From a virus, in IMG/VR virus record IMGVR_UViG_3300027586_000002, positions 42,941 through 106,940 of that record: DNA of 64,000 bases; one strand, written 5' to 3'. Below the pieces are notes generated by a model, which searched no databases, was not told where the DNA came from, and was given only the letters and a program-made list of their open reading frames with translations. The translations under genes and the position numbers were made by a program. This document shows positions 56,408 to 64,000 of the stretch, piece after piece. How positions within the stretch are numbered: the stretch's first letter is position 1; the number at the start of each line of letters is the position of its first letter.

Positions 56408-56893
56408 ATGCCTCGTAAAACTACAACAAATAATACTAGTACTACACCAGAGCCAGCTAGTCTCATATTGCCATTTACAGAATCAGATATTGTGCAATAC
56501 TTTTCCAACCCTATTAGTCAGCAACAAATAGAAGATACTCATCAAACAGAATATCACAGGCAGACGTTCTTCAACTTCTTTACCAATACAAACTCCTCAG
56601 TTAATAAACCAACATTTCCCTCTTATTTTTGTGCTCAGGCTATTTTGAGCAGCATTAACATTAAGTATACACTTTGCATAGATAAGTGTCTTATCAAGGC
56701 AGCTCAAAAGCCGAAACCTAAAATATTTAAGGATTTAAAAGAAACAATTAAATCAAACTTTTATAAGATACAACATAAACGGCAACAATTAGAAATGAGC
56801 GAAAGAATACAGCTTGAGCCCGGAGAACAAGTAGAGCACATATGTTACGAAAGAAGCTCGACAAACTATGATCCCCTAGCTAATTTGTTTTAA
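56408..56893 (+). CDS. hypothetical protein
   Basis: 161-aa ORF. Confidence 0.55.
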   Translation: MPRKTTTNNTSTTPEPASLILPFTESDIVQYFSNPISQQQIEDTHQTEYHRQTFFNFFTNTNSSVNKPTFPSYFCAQAILSSINIKYTLCIDKCLIKAAQKPKPKIFKDLKETIKSNFYKIQHKRQQLEMSERIQLEPGEQVEHICYERSSTNYDPLANLF

Positions 56894-56906
56894 TAATATA
56901 CTTTAT

Positions 56907-57470
56907 ATGAAATCTTTCATAGGACTCGTTGCCTTGTCACAGAATTATGTGATAGGGCAGAATAACAAGATACCGTGGTATAACGTTACGGATTTTAAAT
57001 GGTTTAAAGCAATGACAGCTAATAACGTTATTGTCATGGGAAGAAAGACATATGAGTCAATCGCTCGTCCTCTGCCATTTAGAGAGGTAGTTGTGCTTAC
57101 TAGGAATAATGAATACAAAGCTAGAGAAGGAGTAAAAGTTGTATCCTCAATAAGTCAACTTAGTCCAGTAGACGATGCCCGGGAATACTTTATCTGTGGC
57201 GGCTCCGAAGTATATCAAGAAACAGTTCCAATGTGCTCTGATTTCTTTGTGACTAAAATCAAGCAAACTATTCCAGGAGCAGGACTTATATACTTTCGTA
57301 TGCGTTATTTCGATGAATACTTTAAGTATGTTCGTTGTGTTTATAATGATAGTCAAATAACAATTGAACACTATCACAATACGTCCAAGATAGGAGACCT
57401 TTCAAAATCTTTGCAGGACTCAATACAAGAGTTTGACAAGTCCATCAAGGTGCTATATAAAACTAAGTAA
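56907..57470 (+). CDS. folA: dihydrofolate reductase
   Basis: VIG.NNKIPW...D..WFK..T, MGRKTYESI.RPLP.R, GG.EVY. Confidence 0.9.
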   Translation: MKSFIGLVALSQNYVIGQNNKIPWYNVTDFKWFKAMTANNVIVMGRKTYESIARPLPFREVVVLTRNNEYKAREGVKVVSSISQLSPVDDAREYFICGGSEVYQETVPMCSDFFVTKIKQTIPGAGLIYFRMRYFDEYFKYVRCVYNDSQITIEHYHNTSKIGDLSKSLQDSIQEFDKSIKVLYKTK

Positions 57471-57471
57471 T

Positions 57472-57711
57472 ATGTTACTCGCCATACCAGACAAAGAGGT
57501 ACTAACCAAACAATACTTCACTCAGATTATGGGTAGGTTCCTAAACAAAAGTATGGCCAGTTGTAAGGATATAAAGCTGAGCAAGAAGCATTCACAAGAG
57601 ATGCGTTCATTCTGTAAAGTGACCGAAGAAAACAAGCTAGGTCAAGATACAGCAATGATAATGGGTATAACAGTCAAGTATAACTGCGATAAGACTGTAT
57701 TTAGTAGTTAA
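57472..57711 (+). CDS. hypothetical protein
   Basis: ATG 1 nt after the DHFR stop. Confidence 0.5.
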   Translation: MLLAIPDKEVLTKQYFTQIMGRFLNKSMASCKDIKLSKKHSQEMRSFCKVTEENKLGQDTAMIMGITVKYNCDKTVFSS

Positions 57712-58015
57712 GCAGGACTACCGCACAGAAACCCAGTGCTACCCCTATAATCTGGTGCAATGTTAAAGGCTCCTTATAAATTCCACAGCCTATAATCATT
57801 GAAGTAATCAAAGAGACCATTGTAAACAACATGGCTCCTTTGCTTATAGACAGTCCTTTACCAATAGAGTAGATCCAGAGCATAGTCCCGCAGGTATAGC
57901 AAGCCAGGGCCCCCAGCATCCAAGTCCAGCTCTGTCTTAAATTATACTCCTTAGACAGGACATCCCCTAACCCGTATATGATTAGGAGGGTTATTGCCAG
58001 AGTTATTAAAGGCAT
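57701..58015 (-). CDS. SMR/DMT-family small membrane protein
   Basis: Four TM segments; G....KE.L...Q.IG. Confidence 0.65.
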   Translation of the reverse strand: MPLITLAITLLIIYGLGDVLSKEYNLRQSWTWMLGALACYTCGTMLWIYSIGKGLSISKGAMLFTMVSLITSMIIGCGIYKEPLTLHQIIGVALGFCAVVLLNY

Positions 58016-58034
58016 AACCTAGTATTACAGATTA

Positions 58035-58080
58035 GACCCCGGGTAGGCAATCTAATAGCTAAAAAAGGGTATAGTATATT
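58035..58080 (+). promoter_or_regulatory. cassette left end
   Basis: GACCCCGGGTAG...CTAATAGCTAAAAAAGGGTATAGTA. Confidence 0.7.
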
Positions 58081-58133
58081 AATGAAAGGCTTATCTTTCA
58101 TTAAACGTTCCTAACCACAAAACAAAAAACACT

Positions 58134-58280
58134 ATGAAACCCGTACTAAAAGGGCCGGAAAAAGGGGTTAAACTCCCTATAAAAAAGGCCTCAATAACCC
58201 AGCTGCTCATTGAGGCCAGGAGACTGGGCTTCAAGCTTAAACTTAACAAAGATAAAACGATTGCAACTTTATTAAATTAA
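58134..58280 (+). CDS. small basic protein (48 aa, cassette cargo, not in ORF track)
   Basis: MKPVLKGPEKG...TLLN*; start context shared with 58539. Confidence 0.5.
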   Translation: MKPVLKGPEKGVKLPIKKASITQLLIEARRLGFKLKLNKDKTIATLLN

Positions 58281-58284
58281 CCTT

Positions 58285-58542
58285 ATGGCAATATACAATT
58301 ATAAAAGTAAGGTAGCTTTCATGCAGGTCAGCGCGAGCTTTCATAAGCACTACACGTTCAACGCCAAGAGCAGGGATGCAGCCACCAAGGCGACGGACTG
58401 CCCCAAATGCAAGTTTGGAACGATTGTGCCTCCGAAAAAAGTGCCAGGCAAATGGGTGCTGGTTCATAAATGGCATTGTATTGACTGCCGGGCTGAGTTT
58501 ACACCAGAGGAAATGAGATATAACCAACAAAAAACACTATGA
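58285..58542 (+). CDS. zinc-ribbon protein (cassette cargo)
   Basis: CPKC...CIDC. Confidence 0.6.
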   Translation: MAIYNYKSKVAFMQVSASFHKHYTFNAKSRDAATKATDCPKCKFGTIVPPKKVPGKWVLVHKWHCIDCRAEFTPEEMRYNQQKTL

Positions 58543-58718
58543 AATATTACGTCATCAATCGTGGCGCTGGAATCAAGCATTATTATCGGACCACGCCGCC
58601 TGACGGTGAGGTGCAACACTTGTGGCGCACGAAGTGGGTGGCGTGCGCATATGAATGCTTGGAAGACTTGCTGTCGGATGGTGCGGAGCTTGGTGAGTTC
58701 GACCCAGGGTTGAATTAA
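58539..58718 (+). CDS. small protein (59 aa, cassette cargo, not in ORF track)
   Basis: MKYYVINRGAG...PGLN*; ATGA overlap. Confidence 0.55.
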   Translation: MKYYVINRGAGIKHYYRTTPPDGEVQHLWRTKWVACAYECLEDLLSDGAELGEFDPGLN

Positions 58719-58730
58719 CCAGATAAGATA

Positions 58731-58773
58731 AAAAGAGGCACTCGTCATGAGGCTCTTTTTTTTAGCTATCAGC
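58731..58773 (+). repeat. 43-bp hairpin/terminator repeat, copy 1
   Basis: AAAAGAGGCACTCGTCATGAGGCTCTTTTTTTTAGCTATCAGC, identical at 59317. Confidence 0.9.
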
Positions 58774-58830
58774 CCCCTCCCTCCCTCTCCCTATACCTTT
58801 GAATAGTTATAAGCTGGTATAGTATTTTGA
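58773..58830 (+). promoter_or_regulatory. cassette left end
   Basis: CCCCCTCCCTCCCTCTCCC...AATAGTTATAAGCTGGTATAGTA. Confidence 0.65.
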
Positions 58831-58857
58831 GTAGAAACATTAACCCAAAGTGAATGT

Positions 58858-59079
58858 ATGAAAAATATGAAGAAGAAGTGGGCAGTGGTCGGTGCACTAC
58901 ATCTCCCAGTGTACCGCGGTAAGATAATCTCCACGCACAGAACAAAGAGGCTGGCGGAGAAGAAGGCTGGCCCTGGCTACGGCGTGAGCTTCCTTGTTAT
59001 GACGTCGAAGGAAGCCATGTCGGAAAATCCGCCGCAGCTAACATACGCGCGTAATCCTCTCGACAAGATGGTAGGCTAA
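58858..59079 (+). CDS. small basic protein (cassette cargo)
   Basis: GC-richer ORF after the promoter box. Confidence 0.55.
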   Translation: MKNMKKKWAVVGALHLPVYRGKIISTHRTKRLAEKKAGPGYGVSFLVMTSKEAMSENPPQLTYARNPLDKMVG

Positions 59080-59084
59080 AGCAT

Positions 59085-59303
59085 ATGGAAACAATTCCTT
59101 GTCCTCGCCGAGAGCTCCGCCCCGGAGAAGTAATCATGGAGGGGCGGTTGGACCAAGACTGGTATGAGCGTCAGCACGGGCTTGGCGTACGGTGGGTTGT
59201 TGACGAATCTCCTCTGACACCGGAGGAACAGAAGAGCTGGGATGCAGGTTATCAGAAGGAGGTGACCCACAGTCGGATGAGTCTGATCTTCCCAATCAAG
59301 TAA
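59085..59303 (+). CDS. small protein (cassette cargo)
   Basis: GC-richer ORF before the hairpin repeat. Confidence 0.55.
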   Translation: METIPCPRRELRPGEVIMEGRLDQDWYERQHGLGVRWVVDESPLTPEEQKSWDAGYQKEVTHSRMSLIFPIK

Positions 59304-59316
59304 GAGCATCAAACAC

Positions 59317-59359
59317 AAAAGAGGCACTCGTCATGAGGCTCTTTTTTTTAGCTATCAGC
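59317..59359 (+). repeat. 43-bp hairpin/terminator repeat, copy 2
   Basis: Exact copy of 58731-58773. Confidence 0.9.
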
Positions 59360-59582
59360 TAGAGCAGTTAATATATTTCCATGACAAGCTTGAGGATGAC
59401 ACCAGCAGCCTAGAGTATTTCCTTTAAGCTGCTTAATGTCCTTAAGCATGTCAGGTTGTGTCATTATCCAATCGTTATACTTCTTAATGACTTCAACTCT
59501 ATCACCGTCTTTGCCTACGGTAAATGGGTTACCCCAATAACCAGGATGGCTAACACACTACTTTAGCCGTGTTGCCAAGCAT
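59348..59582 (-). pseudogene. DUF4326-family pseudogene
   Basis: WGNPF...LKG..LGCWCHPQACHG.IL intact, but the start MLGNTAKVV is out of frame and the usual YIGR segment is missing. Confidence 0.65.
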
Positions 59583-59853
59583 ATAGTTTGTTTATAATTT
59601 TAAACTTTAGAGGAAGATAAAACTTATTATAGAAGGTTGGAAGATATTGTTTAAACCATGGCGTTTTAACAGATGGGTAATCAACTTCTAATTTATTATC
59701 ATTAAAATAATGATCATGAGGTTTAAACTCTTTTAGTTCCTTACCTTTGCCATCAAACGCTCTTGCTACACAAGAAGATTCAATTCTGCGGTGTAACTTA
59801 CCGATAGCACATTGATTAACTCTTATTTCTTTTATAAATTTATCGTCATTCAT
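59563..59853 (-). CDS. hypothetical protein
   Basis: 96-aa ORF. Confidence 0.5.
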   Translation of the reverse strand: MNDDKFIKEIRVNQCAIGKLHRRIESSCVARAFDGKGKELKEFKPHDHYFNDNKLEVDYPSVKTPWFKQYLPTFYNKFYLPLKFKIINKLYAWQHG

Positions 59854-60005
59854 ATTATTTGTCGTCCTGTTGCTCGTAGTCTTTGTTTCTAAACTTTCTA
59901 TCAGACTTGCTGTTAAATACCAGCAAGAACATTAAACCTATTAGTATAAAATACATAAGCCTTACTACGCAAATAGTAAGGCTTTGTTTGGGATTGGCAA
60001 GAGAA

Positions 60006-60323
60006 TTAACCTAGCGGCACAGCTGTAAATCCAACCAAGCCTTGCTTATCATTATTTATTTGATAGCCATATACAGGCTTTAATCTTTTATTAGCTCCCG
60101 CAGCGGATGCAATCATATTTACAAAATCTAATGTAGAAATATGACAATAATCTGGTTGGTCCTTATCTAGTATAGGACACAACTCCCAATGCGCCATCCA
60201 CGACGCCGGCACTACAATATCATTATTAAGCGCTCTATCCAAACTTTGCATATCTCCATCGTTTATGAGCTCTTTTAGTTTATTAATTATCTTATCAGTT
60301 ATTTCGTTATTTTTAGGGTCCAT
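60006..60323 (-). CDS. hypothetical protein
   Basis: 105-aa ORF downstream of nrdJ. Confidence 0.55.
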   Translation of the reverse strand: MDPKNNEITDKIINKLKELINDGDMQSLDRALNNDIVVPASWMAHWELCPILDKDQPDYCHISTLDFVNMIASAAGANKRLKPVYGYQINNDKQGLVGFTAVPLG

Positions 60324-60325
60324 AA

Positions 60326-62302
60326 TTATTTAAGTACACAGACATCGTTGTTACAAAATTTTTCGACCTCCGCTTCCTCATGCTTGATCTTCTTCAAGTG
60401 CAATGTGCTTAGTCCTCCTACTAACTTATCATATTCCTTCTCAGTGATGCCCTCATATGGCATCTGACGATAAGCTTTGGTCTCCAGCTTTGGTAGGAAT
60501 GAAATACCCTTAAGTTGATATTGATATATATTAAGTGCCGCTGCGATTTGATCAGCTTCATGTGGCTTGAATGTCACTGTGCATGAAACCTGGTTGTCAG
60601 CCCAATGACGCTGCATAAAGGCAGCCAAGGCCAATTGCTCCCACATACCAACGTCCTTAACTGTCCTGATCTTTGGATCAACGTTTACAGGAATCTCTAC
60701 TACTACTGTGCTGTCCTCAGATCCGAAGCATGGCTCTATATGATAGCCAGCCTCTTTCAATGGCTTTACTAGCTCACTGTTCTTACTAAGTCTAACACGA
60801 CGAATGTAAAACTTATCCTCTGGATAATGAATGCCAGGAGTAGCACCAGCAAGCAACGATACTGTACCGCTAGGCTTGATTGATGTCTTCTTGATGCTCT
60901 TAGGTATTGCTAGCCAGTCAGAATAAATAGTATCGTAGTATTCAATGGCCGCGTAACCCTTCTCACACCATTCTTTAAGAGTGTGCAGTCCTTTATTTGT
61001 TACAAACTGTGCAATACCACTCATGGAGCAACCAATGCGACGGTTTCTTAACATGACTCTATTAGTATCAGGCCAGTGAGTATTACCAAGTGTTACTGTC
61101 TTGGCATATAGATAGGCATACTTGAGAGTTATAAGATAGTCGTCTACTGATTCGTGGTTATCTGGGAATGTTTCAACCAGGCAGCATAGCTCATAAGACT
61201 CCAATGACTGCTCCAAGCACGGGTTTCCTCCCATTACTCTATGATCCTTGTTGTCTTTGCCATTGTTCATTCTAGAATAACCGCGCATGTTCTCTAGCCA
61301 AGCTATTCCTGGTTCACCGTTGACTTGAATCCTCTTGGCTGTCTCAGTGTAGTCCATGCCAAGCTCAGCAAAGATGCTGTTGTTAGATGCCCAACCAAAC
61401 TCCTCGCGGTATTTGTTAACTTTGTAGTTCTTAAGATCAAGATACTCCTGCGACTCATAATCACCGAAGCTAATCTCAGCGGTACGACGAATTCCGGCAG
61501 AGACCACACACTTACCTAGTAGATTCATTATGTCTACGATTGAAGTAATGGTGATAGCCTTGCCAATGTTCTTGTTTAGAATAGTTCTAATATCTTTATG
61601 ACAATCAACAAGAGACTGAGGACCTCCAGATACACCACCGAACCCCTTGATCGGTACTCCTTCTCCACGAATCTGAGAATAGTCAAAGTTAACATACATG
61701 CCTCCATTAAAATAAGACTCTAGCAATGTCTTTATAGATTCAACCCATCCTTCTCTGCTATCTGGAATCACAAATGTATTCTTTTCATCGTCCACGCTGC
61801 CTGGCTTAAGTATATTAATAGTGCCAGCACCTTTGGTGTCAAAGCCGACTCCGACTCCTAGCATTGAAGCATCCATTAGAAAGCAAAAAGGCTTTGTCTT
61901 ATCTTCCCTTAATGTTTCAGTGGATACAAATGCACAATTATTCAAAGCAGCATATAGTCCACGATCTTTAATAATAGAAGATCCCATTGTCCATAACCCG
62001 CGCCCTGGAGGCAAGAACTTCATATTAAAGATACGATCATACATCTCCTGGGCAGATGCATGCGCCTTCTTTGAATTCCACCCTAGGTTATGTGATTCAA
62101 TCCAATCACGCTGCATCTGGAATGTTCCGTTTACTACACGTTCAATGGTCTCCCACCATACTTCGTTTTCACCATTCTCTTTAAGTCTTGAGTAGGTTCT
62201 CATATAAATGAGCTCTCCAAGTCCGTTAAATCCAAATGGTGGTTTCTGTTTCTTATATTTCGACAGGAAATTGTCGGAAAGTTTAAATGTCGTCTCTTGC
62301 AT
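60326..62302 (-). CDS. nrdJ: class II (adenosylcobalamin-dependent, monomeric type) ribonucleotide reductase
   Basis: RTYSR, PPGRGLW, ALNNCAF, GVGVGFD, NPCLEQ, KPSGTVS, C-terminal CxxxxC. Confidence 0.92.
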   Translation of the reverse strand: MQETTFKLSDNFLSKYKKQKPPFGFNGLGELIYMRTYSRLKENGENEVWWETIERVVNGTFQMQRDWIESHNLGWNSKKAHASAQEMYDRIFNMKFLPPGRGLWTMGSSIIKDRGLYAALNNCAFVSTETLREDKTKPFCFLMDASMLGVGVGFDTKGAGTINILKPGSVDDEKNTFVIPDSREGWVESIKTLLESYFNGGMYVNFDYSQIRGEGVPIKGFGGVSGGPQSLVDCHKDIRTILNKNIGKAITITSIVDIMNLLGKCVVSAGIRRTAEISFGDYESQEYLDLKNYKVNKYREEFGWASNNSIFAELGMDYTETAKRIQVNGEPGIAWLENMRGYSRMNNGKDNKDHRVMGGNPCLEQSLESYELCCLVETFPDNHESVDDYLITLKYAYLYAKTVTLGNTHWPDTNRVMLRNRRIGCSMSGIAQFVTNKGLHTLKEWCEKGYAAIEYYDTIYSDWLAIPKSIKKTSIKPSGTVSLLAGATPGIHYPEDKFYIRRVRLSKNSELVKPLKEAGYHIEPCFGSEDSTVVVEIPVNVDPKIRTVKDVGMWEQLALAAFMQRHWADNQVSCTVTFKPHEADQIAAALNIYQYQLKGISFLPKLETKAYRQMPYEGITEKEYDKLVGGLSTLHLKKIKHEEAEVEKFCNNDVCVLK

Positions 62303-62318
62303 AATATTCTATTTTTAA

Positions 62319-62642
62319 TTATCGGTTGTCTCCCGATCCACTTATCGTCCCACGTTCAGCTCTCGACTTCAATTTAAGAAAGTTAATCTCGCAAACTTTT
62401 TCTGTTGACGAGCCAAGGAAAGTCGAGAGCCTTGAAACGTACCAGCAGCAGTCTGAAATCTCTTTTAGTAGTTCTAATTTGTCAGCATCAGTTATAACTC
62501 CGCCTTTGTCTCTTATAATCTTCTTCACCTTGCCTGCCACCTCTCCAGCCTCGGATACAAGACCAAGGGTTAAGTACTCAATGTTGTTAGACGTTGGCAT
62601 CATCGTCTTTCCTGTCTCCGCATCGTATTGTTCGAATGTCAT
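62319..62642 (-). CDS. MazG-like nucleotide pyrophosphohydrolase
   Basis: LGL.SEAGEVA.KVKK..RD...E..D..WY...N..KL..R..RG...GSGDNR. Confidence 0.88.
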   Translation of the reverse strand: MTFEQYDAETGKTMMPTSNNIEYLTLGLVSEAGEVAGKVKKIIRDKGGVITDADKLELLKEISDCCWYVSRLSTFLGSSTEKVCEINFLKLKSRAERGTISGSGDNR

Positions 62643-62651
62643 AGGACGGAT

Positions 62652-62680
62652 AAATTAGGTCTTCTCCACGCAGATGTCAA
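62652..62680 (-). promoter_or_regulatory. sigma70-like promoter for mazG-nrdJ
   Basis: TTGACA-N17-TAATTT on the minus strand. Confidence 0.6.
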
Positions 62681-62807
62681 AATTTTTCTAGAATTATTTG
62701 CTGCAATAAATACCTTACTCCTACAGATAAATACTTAAGCCCGTTATTAACATCAAGATCATTTGTATCTGGTGACGTTCCGAAGATTCTAGTTAACTTG
62801 CTGACTC

Positions 62808-63221
62808 TTACTGCAGGCTAATAAGATCAATGCCATAGAAGGTAAATATCTTCTTAGCTTGGTCATCTCTGGTGTACTCTTCTTTATACACCACAGTTTT
62901 AATACCGTAGGCCGCTATCATCTGAGCACAACTAGTACAAGGGAGTAAGTTGCAAGCCAGAATAGCTGCTCCTTCGTTTCGCTTTACAAGGGATAAAGCA
63001 TTGACCTCGGCATGAAGCATGTAGGGCCTCCGTCCATCTCTATCTTCCCAGAATGTAGGATCAACGTTAGTACCTGGAGCTAAGCCGTTATAACCCAAGC
63101 TGAGCACTCTATTATCCTTGTCTAGTATACAGGCTCCTACTTGTACATATGGGTCTTCTGATCTTAGGGCTGCCACCTCTGCTAGCTTTAAAGCATATTC
63201 GTTCCAAGAAAGTCTATTCAT
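62808..63221 (-). CDS. dCMP deaminase
   Basis: RS.DP..QVGA, GYNG, HAEVNA, PCTSC. Confidence 0.9.
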   Translation of the reverse strand: MNRLSWNEYALKLAEVAALRSEDPYVQVGACILDKDNRVLSLGYNGLAPGTNVDPTFWEDRDGRRPYMLHAEVNALSLVKRNEGAAILACNLLPCTSCAQMIAAYGIKTVVYKEEYTRDDQAKKIFTFYGIDLISLQ

Positions 63222-63235
63222 AGGCGGACAACCTA

Positions 63236-63295
63236 CCCCTCCCCGCCGGCCCGGTCAAGTTAATAGCCAGAATAAGGGTATAGTACTTTGATGAG
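63236..63295 (+). promoter_or_regulatory. cassette left end, overlapping a divergent sigma70-like promoter
   Basis: C-rich tract + TAATAGCCAGAATAAGGGTATAGTA; minus strand TTGACC-N17-TAGGTT (63258-63230). Confidence 0.65.
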
Positions 63296-63361
63296 GGATC
63301 TGTGCTGATGAAGCCTGGTCATTGATTAATAAACTCATCGAGCGGAATAAAAGGCAAAGCT

Positions 63362-63859
63362 ATGATGACTGATTTTGAACAAGCGATGGCGTGGTTCAAC
63401 AGCCGCCCGGTGATGGCGAGGGTCGGGTCATACGCGGACTACGAGGTTAAGTTCACAGGAACTGTGGCCGAGGCGGAGGCATTCGTCGTAGCTCAGGGCG
63501 AGTCGCTAGAAGTTCTTAAGCGGTTCACTTACCGCGACGGGCTTCGCCCTCTTCCTGGTGATGTCCAGGGCGACCTCTACATCGACGTGGAGCAGCCGCC
63601 GATGAAGTGCACATGTAAGTGCGGGGGTTGCGGCGGCGTGGCCTTGCAATCCGACTCCTTCAGGCGCTGGGCTTGCCGGTGCAAAGGGTGCGTCACGGAG
63701 GAGCAGATGCGGGAGGAGGAGGTCGAGGCGCAGCGTCGGGCTCGGGCGGATGCCGCACTGCAAGAAGAGAACGCCCGCTTCTGGGGGGAGCAGCGGGAGG
63801 AGTCGAGGAAGGTTGATCAGGAGATGATCCTGGAAGAACTTGGGTTGGAGTTGGTGTGA
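63362..63859 (+). CDS. GC-rich Cys-cluster/coiled-coil protein (cassette cargo)
   Basis: CxCxCxxC and CxCxxC; visibly GC-rich. Confidence 0.7.
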   Translation: MMTDFEQAMAWFNSRPVMARVGSYADYEVKFTGTVAEAEAFVVAQGESLEVLKRFTYRDGLRPLPGDVQGDLYIDVEQPPMKCTCKCGGCGGVALQSDSFRRWACRCKGCVTEEQMREEEVEAQRRARADAALQEENARFWGEQREESRKVDQEMILEELGLELV

Positions 63860-63874
63860 TACCAACTAGCACGC

Positions 63875-63915
63875 AAAAAGAGGCATCCCACGGGAGCTCT
63901 TTTTTTAGCTATCAG
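63875..63915 (+). repeat. cassette right end hairpin/end motif
   Basis: AAAAAGAGGCA-TCC-CACG-GGA-GCTCTTTTTTTAGCTATCAG. Confidence 0.8.
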
Positions 63916-64000
63916 ATAAAAGCAAAGCACGGCATATTTTCTTTAATGCCGTGTGAGTGGGATCGTCAATGATTCTAGAAAAGCCTGAGCTATATTTTAT

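Noticed and set aside
58731-59359. 43-bp repeats as CRISPR repeats or integron attC sites
   Set aside because: The spacing holds whole genes, there is no cas or intI gene in the window, and no RYYYAAC/GTTRRRY boxes. Kept only as cassette ends.
60326-62302. Intein or intron in nrdJ (or recA)
   Set aside because: Lengths and motif spacing are normal; no splice-junction motifs seen.

Overview
64 kb from an AT-rich large (jumbo-type) tailed-phage genome, read in the standard genetic code. I saw no integrase, CRISPR array or rRNA. Layout: (1) 1-11 kb holds a JAB peptidase and ThiF/E1 pair, SSB-like protein, RecA/UvsX, RuvC, WGR protein, Rnl1-type RNA ligase and an AAA+ ATPase. (2) 11-16.5 kb holds a probable portal and neighbouring genes. 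(3) 18-36 kb is a dispersed cluster of 15 tRNAs (12 read A-ending codons) plus tRNA-like oddities. It is preceded by a candidate leader-peptide attenuator and mixed with GuaC, phosphoesterases, glycosylases, a macrodomain and HNH/PD-(D/E)XK endonucleases. (4) 37-41 kb holds a Trp-rich paralog family and a structured non-coding stretch. (5) 43.6-55.3 kb is a head-to-tail minus-strand array in which most proteins carry an MNxEAIxRGFxKRA leader fused to variable cargo: His-Gly/Cys protease-like, ART-like, P-loop kinase, zincin and ACP-like domains. (6) 55-64 kb holds a trypsin-like protease, DHFR, class II RNR, MazG and dCMP deaminase. Superimposed are about seven promoter-gene-hairpin units with a C-rich left flank, a GGTATARTA box, mostly GC-richer cargo and a TTTAGCTATYAG right end. 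The best candidates for undescribed systems are the leader-tagged payload array (possible virion-packaged effectors), the cassette units, the tRNA-cluster attenuator and a shared R-x-I-x-[ILF] terminal tag. All family calls come from motif recognition by eye, not from database searches.
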